Positions 50,200 through 63,797 are shown, counted from the first letter of the stretch. The stretch is 64,000 nt of DNA from Vicugna vicugna (GCA_013265495.1 MU058582.1:1-64000), one strand, 5' to 3'. The notes: generated by a model not told the origin, from the letters alone. Made by a program: numbers and translations.

Positions 50200-51710
50200 C
50201 AGGGTTATGGTCATGGCCAGCAGAGTCACAGTGGCCATCAGAGCAGTCTGACGGGCACAGAGCAGTGACCCTGGCTTGCTGATTGACGTGTTCCTAGGGG
50301 TGAAATAGGCAGGAAGCGGGCTGAATACTTACTTGGGCTTATAAGGAAAACACGTGTCGGTCCAGTGAGCAAAAGTTTAACTCAAATCACAAAGAGAGTC
50401 ACAGCCCCTCAGTCAGTGGACTCCGAGCCTGGAGCCAGTTTACAAACCCAGACCCCCATGAAGGAAAGGGAGGCTTCGTCCCCTGGAGGAGGAACTCCGG
50501 TGCATCACTGAGAATTCATACTGTTGGTCTCTCTCCCGGGCTTCCCCAAAGGCACAAATAGCCTTTATCGGGGAAACTGTGCTTTGGGGAAAAGGAAATA
50601 ATCAGACTTTTCAGGGACTACTGAACGCGGTTGTGAACTCACATTGGTTTTGGGACCCGCAGACCTCACCGTGGCCCTCCAGTGAGTCAGGGTTTCTGGA
50701 GATCAGCTGAACAGTGAATGGTGTTTTATCTCAGGTCTGTCTCAGAGTGGCTCGAGTGGGTCCCTGAATCCATCCTATGGTCATTTCTCCAGTTCCAGAA
50801 TATAGTTACCGTGTGTCCCGAAATGTCCGCCATGAACTGGGTGCCATCTGAACCACTGCGCCCCCGGCAAAGAGCGCAGCACAGGTGGGCGGCCGCGCTG
50901 CTGCGGCCCCGCTCGGGGCGTCCTCCAGGGACACAGTGAGAGGACACCCTCCGTGGGCAGCACTTCCGGCAGTGCACCTGGTTGCAACTTTTGGAAGGAG
51001 AAATGGCAGAGCATGCAATTATACATTTATTCATGGGTTTAGCTGGATGGTCAGGGACTTGGAAGAAACATGATAGGAAAGTTGGTCAAAAAATTAATTT
51101 AGTGAGAGGTATGTGGGTAGACCTCTCCAGGCAAAAAAAAAAAGAAGAAGATATTTTGTCCACTGTGAACGCTGTGTTTGACTTCAGCAGAGGAGGACTT
51201 GTAATCAAGGGGCTAGAATGACTCAGTCTGCAAGTCCCAGACAGCATCTTTCCCCAGCCTCCTGTCTCTTCATCCCACGGCCTCATGAACAGGTGTCAAT
51301 GGTGACCAGGCCAGAAATTATGCAAGGACTCAGCAACGTGGGCCACCACAAACCAAGGTCAACCCGGCAGTCCAAACAGGTCTGCTCATAGCCCAGACCC
51401 TTAGGGAATGAAAGCATGAGTCACCACCCCCACCCCAAGGTCAAGAACCATGAGGAGCTGAGACGCTTGCGGAAGGCAAAGGGAACACAGCCCGAGCAGC
51501 AGCAGGAGGGGGCTGTGGCTCCCAGCTGTGCCTGCGGGACCGGCCACGGACGTGAGGGCTGCAGGCGTCTGGGGTGTCTCCTCTTTACTTTGTTTCAATT
51601 GTGTGTGTTTGTGTGTCTGTATGTGTGTGTGTGTGTGTCTCTGTGTTCACATATTAAGCAAAGAGCTTTGTTTTCCTTCTTCTCTTATCTCCTTATCACA
51701 TGACTGGAAG
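50200..51710 (+). mobile_element. ERV-L internal remnant (gag end, protease, RNase H pieces)
   Basis: TGGGGAAAAGGAAATAATCAGACTTTTCAGGGACTACTG (protease region); ORF 50982 GLAGWSGTWKKHD resembles ERV-L pol. Confidence 0.8.
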
Positions 51711-53647
51711 TCACCCGCACTTCTCAGGGAGTCCCTGGGCTCCATTTATGGTTCAAATTTCATAGAGGCAAATAATCTCCAGACGTTTATTGATATCTCA
51801 GCCACCCAAATCCCTGCAGCTGGCAGACACGTGTTACAATGTGAGGGCCACCAGCTAATCACATCAACACGTCTGAAATACCCAACCCAGCCCCGTGGAG
51901 GAGGGTCACATCCCCTCACTCTGTCTTCCCTCGGTCCCTCCCCCAAGGAATTGGAAAAGACTTAGTAAATAGACACCCAGCCCAGAGCAAGGAGTCCCAG
52001 GCCCCCTGAATCCTCACGTCCATAAGTAACCAGACTTTGGGGTGAATCCAAAAGGGAGTCTCCAAGTGACCACACGCTTTCCCTTTGTGTCAGAATGTGC
52101 CAGAAGATACGGACAGTATTTGATAGTGAGGTACTGGCTGGACATGAGAACTTCTAAGCTCAGGTAGAGTGTAAACTTGAGATATTTCACTTAGAGGTTT
52201 TCAAGAAAGGAGCAAGGGAGTCAGTCAGAGGCCCAAAGGTGAGTCCTTCAGGCCTGAAATCTCTTTGGAGAAAGGAGACATGCGAGAAGCAGGGGGCGCT
52301 GTGGGACCATGTCAGAGTCTGTGGGGAACTGGCCCAGCTGTGACTCTTTTCAAGGGACACCGTTTGCACTTCCCATCAGTGTCACCGTGCAGCCCTCAGC
52401 AGCTGGGATGAACCACACACCCAGGGAGGGGGGCGACAGAAGAAGGGACACAGAAATAAAGCCCTCAGCACCCCCACGCTTCCACACACCCTTCATCTGG
52501 CAGGTGCTCCCCCCGCTGGGACTCAGCCCTGGGGGCAAGCAGGAAGCTGGGTGGGGGATTTGCCTGAGCGCAACCTATCACGGAAGTAATGGAGAAGAGG
52601 AGAGGTAAGGCTGGGGGAGACCCAGTGATGCCACCACACAGTGCGGACGATGCCCATGGGAAAAGCAGGACAGAGAATGAAAGGTCCACAGGTCAGCCTG
52701 CGATGAGCCGGTACACTGAAGGCAGGTCGCCTGTGGTGGGGAGCTGTGCAAAAGTGGCAAACAACTGCTTCTCTATCCGAAGTGCTGACCTTAACCCGGT
52801 CACCAGTATCACGCTTTACCAGGTGTGGGTGCTGTAAATCACAGTCACCATCAAGAACACCTGTTCTGATTCCACGTACCTCTCCAATCGCACAGTAGAC
52901 ACCCAGTTAAACCAAAGGCTTTGTCTTTATGTGAAACGAGGTCCTCGGAGGAACTGGGTTGGTATCTGGACAGTCACTGACCCATCATTCGTTGGCTGAA
53001 TGTGTCTCTCCATCATGGAAAGAAAGAACATCCTGACAGCCTCACAATGCCTGGCTTCACTCAACAAGCCAGTGTCCAAACTCTTAGAGGTGCAATGAAA
53101 GAGGATCTGGGTGACCTGCAAAGATAGTGACCTTCCCAGGGGAAGACCATGTCCCAGGAGAATATTTAAATTAGCATGTGACAACCTGGGCAAGGGGCAC
53201 AAGAACTCCTGCTACGCACAGAATCCTAGAGACTGCACAGAAGATATAAACACATCCTGTGTGGACTGTTTGGAAAAGAAGAGCCGGAACTTTCCTCCAG
53301 GCACACCCCTGCCTGGCATGAGAGCTGATGTCTGATTTGGTGGATGGAGACCACACAGGGAAAAAGTTGTGTTCAGGAAGTATTGGCAATTATACTTGGA
53401 TCAATAAATGTCCAGTAAACATGTTATACTAATGGGCCTTGTACCATCTGCAGATGACAGTTAACGCACCAGATCCCTAACTTCAGCAGTGATTCCAGGA
53501 ATCCTCCAAAGTAAAGATCGGAGGGCAGGGCAGACTCCCTGCCCTGGAGCTGCTTGGAGGAAATGGGAGAACAAGTCTGTCCTCCTGAGTCACAGGTCCT
53601 GAGCCCACAGCAGCTTTGGATCAAATTCAGCCCCAGAGGAGAAGGAC

Positions 53648-53700
53648 ATTTGCATAAACACTAACCACTCACAGAACCACAGGTTCAAGGAGGGAATAAG
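53648..53700 (+). promoter_or_regulatory. V11 promoter
   Basis: ATTTGCAT 53648-53655; AATAAG 53695-53700. Confidence 0.85.
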
Positions 53701-53764
53701 AGAGGACCTGGTGTGCCCTGCACTGCTGTCAGGTCTGAGAGCCAGAGCTCAGGGCGCCTCCACC

Positions 53765-54258
53765 ATGGCCTGGACCCCTCTCCTGCTCCCCCTCCTCTCT
53801 CTCTGCACAGGTGCTGCCTCCAGGGCTCAGCCCCCAGGGTACCCAGGGATCAGCCTGGCCCTGAACATCAACTCAGCACAGGGGATGCTGTGGGGTGCAT
53901 GGTCCTAGGGAATGAGGCCCTGGTCTCCACCCTCACTCTCCTCTCCTCTCCTGCAGCTTCTGTGGCCTCTTCTGCACTGACTCAGCCCTCCGCAGTGTCC
54001 GTGTTCTTGGGACAGACGGCCAGGATCACCTGCCGAGGAGACAGCTTAGAAAGATATGGTGCTAACTGGTACCAGCAGAAGCCAGGCCAGGCCCGTGTGC
54101 AGGTCATCTATGGTGATGACATCAGGCCCTCAGGGATCCCTGAGCGGTTCTCTGGCTCCAGATTGGGGGGCACAGCCACCCTGACCATCAGCGGGGCCCA
54201 GGCTGAGGACGAGGCCGACTATTACTGTCAGTCATCAGACAGCAATGGTTACAATGCT
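53765..54258 (+). CDS. IGLV3: V11: most J-proximal Ig lambda V segment, IGLV3-like, open frame
   Basis: Leader 53765-53810, intron 53811-53956, V exon 53957-54258: [34 protein letters not shown]...[13 protein letters not shown]. Confidence 0.93.
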
Positions 54259-54297
54259 CACAGTGACACAGACAGATAGGGAAGTGGGACACAAACC
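54259..54297 (+). other. V11 23-RSS
   Basis: CACAGTG + 23 bp + ACACAAACC. Confidence 0.95.
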
Positions 54298-57200
54298 CCC
54301 TCCATCTGTGTCGCCCTCTCCTCCAGCCCCAGGAGGCCTGTGGACAAAGCAGTGACAGGTCTGGCCTGGTTCCTCCAGATCTGAGCTCCCAGGCTGCCCT
54401 CCCCCCACCCTCCAGGCAGTTCTGTACACGGTGGATCAGGAGTGAAACATGGCCTGGCTGGACCAGTGTGTTCTGGGCTTGTCTGAACAGGCCATGAATA
54501 GGGGACAGAGGTCCTGAATGGAAGGACAGTCAGAGGGACACAACTGACCAGTGGCAATTACCTCAGTATTTCCTTAAAATGGTCATCAGATTATCCAGCT
54601 TTAGACCCCAGAATCTGCCCACTTTTCTGAGCCATGGAATAGCCAGCACCTTTCACACACACCCAGACCACTGAGTCCAAGAGCAGCAGCTGTGTTGACC
54701 AATAACCCTGATCCTTGGCCCTGACCTGATTGGGGTCAGGTGGGATTTTAGGGCTGGATCCTGAACCTCAGCCAGGCCCCCAGTGATGGGGGCTGACAGA
54801 GAGAGTCCAGGAGCTGCCTGTGGCCTGGATGAGTCCACGAGGGCAGGAGGGGAGGGATGGCTGGTCTCCCGGGGAAGGATGGTTGCTGGTGTAGGGGAGC
54901 AGGAGTAGAGAGGATTCCGGGGTTCAGTCCAGCAGGGACCTCTCTCACCTGAGTCTGGCTCCACTCTCAGGGGACACAGGGCCATCCCATCTCATCCCCC
55001 ACTCCAGGAAAGGGTTGTTCTCTCCAAGGGTTTGCAGGGACTTTGTCCCAAACATGCCCCTGCAGGTCCTCTCGTGGGGCAGGTCCTGCCCCCTTACACT
55101 GGAGGGAAGCAGCCAGGAAAACTGCAGGGACAAACCCACCCCAATGAGGGTCCCAGCATTTCCACACCCCAGGGGACTCTGCTGCTAAGAAATGGAAGAA
55201 AGTCGACCAGAGCATCTGATGGCCAGACAGAGGGACAGACCACAGGGTGTGAGGACGGGGATGGAAAAGGGGGGCCAGTGAAGATTATTCCCTCTGTGCT
55301 TAGATGGTGACCAGCCAGGGAGGGGGCTGCCAATACAGAGCCTTGGACAGAGAGGGACGGTCAGGGTGGGCTGGCGGGGACAGCCCGATGGCCAGGATCC
55401 ATCTGTGCCCACACCTGCTCCCTCCATCCCTCCCTGTTCTGGGGAGGGCACCGTCTGCTCTCTCTGGACTTGCTGTTCACAGTCTCTCAGCGAGACTCTT
55501 GGGAATCTTCTTCCACTGTTTCTTCTTTTTTAAGTTATAATTTACATACACTAAACATCACAATTTTTAGAAACTCTTTATGAGTATGTATAAATGCATA
55601 TAGAGATGTAAGCGTCCCGCCACCGCAGCAGCCAGCAGCTCAGTCATTCCCACAGCTGCCCCAGGTGCCTCTGGGGGCGGCCCTTCCTCCAGCCCCGCCT
55701 CTGGGACTGCTGGTCTGCTCTCTGTCCCTACAGGCGGGTCTTCAGCGTGTGTGTGTGAGGGTTATCACCCCCACATAAAATCTTCTTCCTCCACTGTTAC
55801 CTTTAACGTTCAAGTAAAATTATGGCTGCGTGTCTCTCAGAACTGGTTCTGGTCGAATTTGCCTGTTTCTCTAGCCCTGGTCCCGGGACATCATTCTCTG
55901 CTGCAGCACTGTTCCCGCTGAGTCGCTGTCATCCTGAAACCTTTCTCAAGCACGCAGGACTGTCCCTGGCCCTGAGCTGACCCTGGGGACACCAGGGCAC
56001 AGAATCTAGGACCTGCCCCGGGAGCCCTCGGCAGGGGCAGAGCAGGGCAGCTCCTAAATGCCTCCCTCGGGCGCTGGTCACAAGCACGCTCCCCAGCAAG
56101 CCTGTCGCAAGCCGGCTGCACCCCAGACTCAGGTCTTCAGAAAACCCCCTGCAGAGGGGTGCACCACAGCCGTTGGTCATCTCCGCCCTCAGTATCGGGG
56201 ATAAACACCAAAAAGGCTTGAGCAGAACTTAGTGGTTGAATCTGTTCCTCCTTCACTTAAGAGTCTCCTTTACGTAAGAAGATAAATTTTAAAAGGTTGG
56301 GGGAATTTTAAATATCTGTCCGTCTTAGTGCATCTTTGCCAATACAATATCTTTTGAGAAAAATGCTTCCATCTCACAGGAGGAGCCTCTGGGGCCTGTG
56401 AGATGGACAGCAAGTAGGGGGCGAGGGAGTGCTGACCAGCAGGAGGTAGGGGACACCTTCCGACAGGGAGGCAGGGTAGAAGACACTGGACGTGACACAC
56501 CTCTCTGCTCCAGGTGGGTGGGGGTGGGTGGGGCAGGGCACAGAGGAGCCAGGGGCCCTGAGCAGGTGGTCCGCCGAGCAGGACAGCGGGACTGGGACCT
56601 CTCTGGCCCAGCCAGAATCCAGCCCTCGGACATTCTCAGTCCAGGAGAGACTGGGGTAGCCCTGAGCATCCAGGGCTGCACCTGCACCAGCTGGGAAGGC
56701 CCAGCCCATCCCTCGAGGGGCCCCAGGGTCCAGCCAGACTCGGATTTCCGACCACAGCCACCACAGGAGGATGTGGTCTGCGGTGGTGGCTGGCCGGAGG
56801 CTGTGGTGGGGTGGGGGGTGGGGAGGGTATCTGGAATCACTGAGCTTAGGGACAGCCCCTTTTTCTCCCCAAGAACTAGGGCTGTTCTGGGGGGAAACAT
56901 AGCTTCTGTGCCTTAGGCAGTGGGAGGGAGGAGGGACCCTGCCCAGCCCCCAAGGTGTGAGGAGCCCAGGCCTGAGGCTGGAGTGGGCCAAGCACTACAG
57001 TGGGGAGACAGTGGACTGGATCAGGGGCTCCCCTGTACCCTACATGATGGCTGCTACATCGCCCACACCACATTACCATTCAGTACCCAGCCCATCTCCA
57101 AGGCCAAGGATCTGCCTTTGTTGTGAAGTCCGGGCCGCAGCTCGGGGCCTGGCAGCCTGGGGTTCTTCCAAAGCTGCTCCATGAGTTTGGTCAGACCACA

Positions 57201-60200
57201 ATCACCACCATCGATTTCAGGTCTCCCTCCCGCTCACTACCATCAGTGTCCAGAGCTGGGGACGGTCTGGGATTTCATCCTCCCTGCAGGATACCGGCCG
57301 GTGTGTTTTGCTCCAGAGGGAGACACTGCCTCTACTTTCCAGTTTCATTCATTAACGCAGACATCATTGAAAAGATGGTCCAAACAAGAGGGGACCTGTG
57401 CCTTTGCTTGTGAGACCCGAGGACAGCGGTCCTCATCCCCGTGAGAGAACTGAAGTCCTGGCTGTTGGCCTGTGACCGTGTCTCAAAAGGGGCTGGACCA
57501 GTTGTAGCAGGAGAGTCACAACACGGGCCAGACAACTCTTAAGGAACCACCCAGGAAAGTGACTTTGGGAGGCCTGGGGTAGGGGGGCCTCTTTCAGAGT
57601 TGCTGAAACAGAAAACCAGGAGGGCTGCACAGCTGGGCTCGAGTGGACGTATTAGAGCTCCTGGGGATGAAAAGCAACTGGAAAGCGAGAGGCCGTGACA
57701 AGCAGGAACATGCAGCCTGCAGCCCTGAGTCCTTCCTACCCGAGCAGGGTGACAGCACCGGCACCCAGACAGAGGCCACAAGCTCAAAGCACACCCTGGA
57801 GCCTGGCAAGGGCCCAGCCTCTTGACGGTGTGGCATCAAGAATGTTCAGAGTCTGCTTGAACATCAGTGTCCTCATCTGCCAACAGAAGAGAAAAATCAG
57901 CTCAGCGGGCGGTCGGCTCCACTGTCAGCGCTGGATAACAGCACCCTCTCATCACAGCATCACTGTGTCCCGTATTGCATTCCTGGGCTTCAAAACAGAC
58001 CCCAACTGAGCAGACATGTGATCTCCTTATTCCTCATGGCCTCCCTGCAGCAAAGGAACTGCCCCCATTTTACAGATAAGGAAACTGAGGCCCGGAGGTG
58101 ACCTATGTCTGGCTGCTTTCAACATCACTCCTTGAATAAGCGGTAGAGGACCCCTCCCCACAGAACCCCTGACTGGCTGAGGACCAGGGGCTGCTGGCCA
58201 GGCTTGGCCAACCCAGCCAAGGAAGGGCAGTCTCTACTGGCTGGAGTGGAGGCTGCAGGGACCCAGCCCAGGGGACTGGTCAGAAGAGAAGCCCCGGCCC
58301 GCTGATCTCAGGCCTCAGCAACTCTGTTCCGCTGAGTACTCGGCCGCCCTCCACAGCCCGGCCGGGCCGCTGGGAGATGCTCCACAGCTGGAGACGCCCT
58401 AGCGGAACAGAGACGTCAGCGGGGCAGGTGTGCGGAACCTGGGGCCTGGGGGGCAGTGCTGGGGGCTGGCTTTGGTGTGAAGGTTGAGCCCTGGATCCCC
58501 ACCTCAGCGGAGCAGTTAGCAGATGCCACTCTGGGAGCGGACCCCAAGAGTAAGGGCTGTGGGCCCTGGAGGGGGCCTGGGACAGAAAAAGCTCAGGCAG
58601 AGGAGGGGCCACATGGCTGGGGCACACTGGGGCAGCCACTGCCAGCAAGAGAAACCAGGGGCACTTGCTGGCCTCCCTCCAGGTGGGCTGGAGTTGCCTT
58701 TGACCCTGAGGGCCAATGAGGCCCACGACAGGCCAGCTGGGCCGTGAAGACCCCAGGGGTCAGAGCCCTGGCCCCAGGCAGCACCGGCCTCTACTACTGC
58801 CGGCCTGTCAGTTGCCCCTGGCCGGCTGCCCCCATCGGCAGCACCGCAGGGAGCGGGGCCTCTGCACGGAGCTCATCCAGCCTGCAGCGCCGGAGATACA
58901 GGTAAGGGGCCAAGCGAGTTGTAATACAGGGGGAGAGGGGTTCCCTTTGATGGGAGCCAGGGATGGAAGGCTGGAGGGGAGAGTGGTGAGAAAAGAGATC
59001 AGCAGGAGAGGAGGGGCCTGAGCAGACACTGGCTTTCTTTAAAGTGTTGACATTTTGTCAAGTGTGGATTTGTTTGCATTGATTTTTATTTTTTACTATT
59101 GTATTGAAATATTATTTATCTCAGTGACTGAGTTTTGGGGGCTCCCCTTAAATTTGGTGCCCAAGCCCAGTGCCTCACTTGCCATGCCCCAGTCCTCTGA
59201 GCAGGGGAGAAGCAGGGAGGCAGGGCCAGGGGGTCCCCAGCAGGCACTGATCATTTTAGGGGCAGCGGCCCCACAAGGCAGATCCTGCCTTCTTCCCCAT
59301 CTTCCAGACAGGGATAGAGGTGACCTGCCCAACATCACACAGCACATGGGCGCAGTCCCAGGACTTTAAGAAATGCCAGGACTGAACAGGCACCAGCATG
59401 ACCTGTGTTTTAAGAAAATGATCCAAAAGAGGGGATGGTCTTCAAGGCATCCAGAGAAGAGAGCCAGGGCTTGCCTCAGTCTCCCCCAGGGAGCTCAGCT
59501 CCTCAGTACAGCTCCAAAATGTTTCCTGGGTCCAGGCCTGACCCAAGGGGGTCACGTCCAGGCACAGGAGCTATGGACCATTTTAGGAACAGTAAGACAG
59601 GAGGAGGTGCCCAAACTGGTCTTACAGACCCAGGGCACTGATCTGTGATGCGAGCTCCAGGTGAAGGGAGCTGCATGGGCTGATGAGGAGACTGGGTTGC
59701 ACAGGCCGGCAGGGAGCTTCTGGAGCTGGGGAGATCGGCACAGAACCTGGGGGTCTTTTATCCTGGGGTCCAGGAGTCATGGAGCGATTTAAGTGGGGGA
59801 CTGTCAAAATTATATTCATGTTTTGGAAAAATGGCAGCAGATCGGAGACTGGTGTGAGGCCAGATTAGAGGATGGAGGAGTGGCTGGTCCACGGTGACCA
59901 GGTACCAAGATCTCCGATGGAAACAGCAAGTGGATTTGAAGTGGCGGTGCCCGAGGGCTGACGGGGAGGAACAGGCACTGACCTGGACTGTCTATACAAG
60001 TCTAAAACATACACCCTTTTTTGCAAAATGCAGCAAGTCATTTTTTTAAAAAAGCATATTTATTTAAATTGTGTAATTTACAGAGATATAACCAGAGGCT
60101 TCCAGACCAGAAACTCAACATTATTAATGACAGGAGGAAAATGGAAATAACCCAAATATCCAGCAGGAAGGGTGGGACTAAATACCCATGGACTCTTATA

Positions 60201-63200
60201 CAAACCTTCAAAATTATGTTTCTGAAATTGGGTTTTTAAAGTACATGTGCATTTTCAAAAGCCGGTCAGAAAATATACAAAAATTTCAGGGGCATGTCTC
60301 TGCCTGGTGGGATTCCACCTAGTGTTAATTTTTGCTTTATAATATTCTATACTTACAAAAATGTTCTCAAGAATATATATTTCATTTTTTTCTTCTGAAA
60401 TAATTTTTAATGCAAGAGTAGTATGTGCTTTCAAACAAAGATTTAAGCACAAAAGTGTATAATGTAAAAACTGCATTTGCTGTTACCATCCCCCACATCC
60501 TACCCGTGTTGGGATTTTATTTTTCCAACACGGAGTCATATTCTGTACAGTAGCCTGCACTAGCTTTTCAAACAATCTGTTGACATGTTTCCCATCAGTC
60601 CGTAAAAAGTTCATCATGGCTTTGTCAGGCTTCACAGTTTGGGTGAACCAGCATGTCTCTAGTCATTCCCCAAGTAATGGACATTTAGGTTGTTTCCATT
60701 TAAAGATATCAATTACAAGAGATGCTACAGTGGAAACTGCCACACACGTGCACATGCTGTGCACGTGTGTGAAGTGCACTTAAGTGTCTCCATAGGAACA
60801 ATGCCTAAAAGTGGGATTGCTGGGTCAGAGAGAACAGGCTTTAAAATGTTCACACGTGGCACCAGTGGTCCTCCCAAAAGTCTGGTCCAGCTTCCACTCA
60901 CTAGAGGGAATGTCAGTGCCTGCTCCTCTCCATCCTTGCCGACAACGTGGCAGGGCTGATCCTTTTGTTATTTTGCGCATCTGATGAGCAAAAATGAGGA
61001 CAAATATGTTTGTTGTTTATTTGTTTGATCATTCATGAAACTTATTATCCTTTCATATTTTTATTGAGTGATTTTATTTATTCTGTGAATTTACCAGTCA
61101 TAATTTTGCTTGGTTTTCTTTTTTGTTTTTGATTTGTGTTTTTTTCATTCGGTTGGTTGTATTCTCTTAAAGTTCTGTTGAAACTCTTTCTCTATTTGGA
61201 ATACAACCCCTCGGTAAGTACGTGTGGCATAAGTATCTTTCCCTGGTCTGTTTTATGGCTTTTTTGCTGAGGTGCTTCACCATAAAGCCTTTTGAATTTT
61301 CACACGCCAGGTTGGCTGTTTCTGTGATCCGTGGCAAACAGAGGAAAGGCATCTTTCTTTCGATTTTCTTTTCTATTTCATTCAGGGGCCTTCATTGCTC
61401 TGCTGTGTGTTTTCTCTCTGCCTGGAGTTTACTTTAGCGTACGCAGGAATATAACCTTATATATTTTCCAAATGGAGAGCCAATTGTCATACATTTGTTG
61501 AATATGAACACAATTTTTGTCAAATCTTAAATCACTGATGTATCGCATCCTCTCTGTGGTTCTGCTGATCTAATGATCAGTTCCCATGTCCGTTCCACCC
61601 CGTTTTAATGATTTTTGATTGACAGTGTGTTTGGGTACCTAGCAGAGAACGACTCTGTCATTATGACTCACTCAAAATATTTGCATTGGTTTTCTGTCAT
61701 TATTCCCTCTGTTGGACTTAGAGTCAGTTCACTAAGTTTTTCAAATTATCCCTTTGGTGCTGTGTTGTAATTTCATGGAGTAGATGGGTTCCTTTGAGGA
61801 GAATTGATGTCTTTGTCTATCGTGTCCGTTAGTCAGGGTGCATATGTTTTATCCACGGGAATCTTGCTCGTTTTGTGTTAAGTTTATTTCTAGGGGTTTT
61901 AACAGAATTTTTATTGAAGTTGTCAGTGTTTCGCCACTTTCCTATCCAGGGTGGTAACCGCCCGTGTCGGAGGAAACCTGGCTTTCCCTTGTCGTTCTCA
62001 CACGGTCGTTTTCGTTAACGCTTGTATTATTTCCAGTACTCCTCCAGCGGAGTGTTTTGGGATTACTTTATTTAAGTAGACTAACCCAGCATCGTCAAAG
62101 AATAATTTTATCTCGTTATTCCTAACACTCATCCCCCCTCATCTCATCCCATTCGTTCAAATCTGTAGACTATCTTGACTAGTGAAAAGTCAGGGTGGGA
62201 ACCTTGGTCTTTAAAGCAGTTCTACCTTGATGCGGGAATTTGGCTGTAAGTTTTGGGAGACATCCTTTATCATGTTGAGGAAGTTTCCTTAGATGATCAA
62301 CTTAATGCAAGGCTGGAAGTTTGCTTTCTTTACATCAGAAACAAGGGTTGCATTTATACTGCTGTTCTAGTACATTTTGTGTCAAAAAGCTTACGTGCCC
62401 ACCTTAAATAGAGCTGTGACAAAATCATCCTGCTGCTGAGGTGAAAAGTGCTGGTCCCAGGTTACCTGCCAGCTTAGAAAACTATGTTGGGAGGGAAAAG
62501 CAGATTTGGCAAAGCGTAACATTCTTGTCATCATAAGCTCTTAGAGCATAACTGGAGTGTGGTTTTTTTTTCCTTTTTCTAAGTATTTTAGTGATATTAT
62601 TGTGTTATGGTTGGACAGCTCAGACAGAGGGTGATTCAGTGAGGGCAAAACATTTGGGGATGGCTCCAGGCCTCCAGCTTGGGGAGAGACCTACTGACAT
62701 GAGGACACGGAGAGGGAGCAAGCCTCCCGGGGAAATGTGCGGAGTCCAGGTGGGGAATGCTGAGTTTGCCGTGTCTGTAGGGCATTCAAGCTCAGATGCG
62801 TTCAGGAGACAGAATATGCGTAAATCTAGAGCCAGAAAGAGATGTCAGGAGTGGAAATAGGGATGCAAGACCCCCCAGCAGTTGTTAAAGAGCACAGTGT
62901 GGGTCAGAGGTAGAGAGAGTGGTCGGGCACAGGGGACTGGGGAGGGACCTCAGACTTGACTGGGTTGGGGACTTTGGTGTCCTTGACCTGAGAAGTTTCA
63001 GGGAGAAATGGGGGTGAGAGGGAGGGAGCTCCTCCCACTATGTCCCAGCATCTAAAACAATGCCTGGCAGACGGATGCTTGGGAACCATGGTTGGACAGA
63101 TGGACAGATGGACAGATGAATGATGGATATATGGATGGGTGATAGATGATGGGAGAATGGATAGATGGATGATGGATGGAAAATCAGAAAGACAGTGATC

Positions 63201-63769
63201 TGAGAGATCAAAGAATGTTTCATGGAAGAGGTGGAACTGAACTGTGTCTCAACAGGTGGAGACAATGGGGCAGGGCCGTCCCCACATGGAGCACCAGGAG
63301 TCAGGAATGACATGGTGTCCACAGGCCCAGGGAGGAAACCACCTGGCTGGACTGTGGGAAATTGTTGGGGAGCAATACTCAGAGGCCCTAAAATGAGGCC
63401 AGGAGAGGTTGGGCAGGTCCGAGCCAGCTCAGGACTCACTGCCGCATCACATGGCTACCTGCCGGCACGCGGCCCTCAGCATCTCCATCAGCACTGAGGA
63501 TTCAGGGGTGACCAGGACAGCCTCGGGTGGGGGACACACTGGGTGACTCCAAGGCATGGGTGGCCTCTGCCTCAGACAAGAGGCTGGGGACAGAGACGCC
63601 TCTGGGCCATGGGCTCACCCAGGGTGCCCTGGCCACTAGGGGGCTGGCTGCTCCCTCCCCCCGCCCCAGGACACAGCCCCCCCCCACTGCAGCCCTGTGC
63701 CCGTCACGCCCAGCAGGTCACCACTGCAGCCCGGCCCCCGGGGGGCGGTCCCCAGGTGCTGGCCCAGCG

Positions 63770-63797
63770 GGTTTTGGCCCGAGCCTCAATCAGTGTG
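63770..63797 (+). other. J-lambda 12-RSS
   Basis: Nonamer GGTTTTGGC 63770-63778, 12-bp spacer, heptamer CAGTGTG 63791-63797. Confidence 0.9.

Larger units (their letters stand above)
52058..54430 (+). repeat. Segmental duplicate of window positions 1-2300 (V1/V11 upstream block)
   Basis: Colinear, offset ~52.1 kb; GTCTCCAA.TGACCACACGCTTTCCC at 1 and 52058. Confidence 0.92.
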
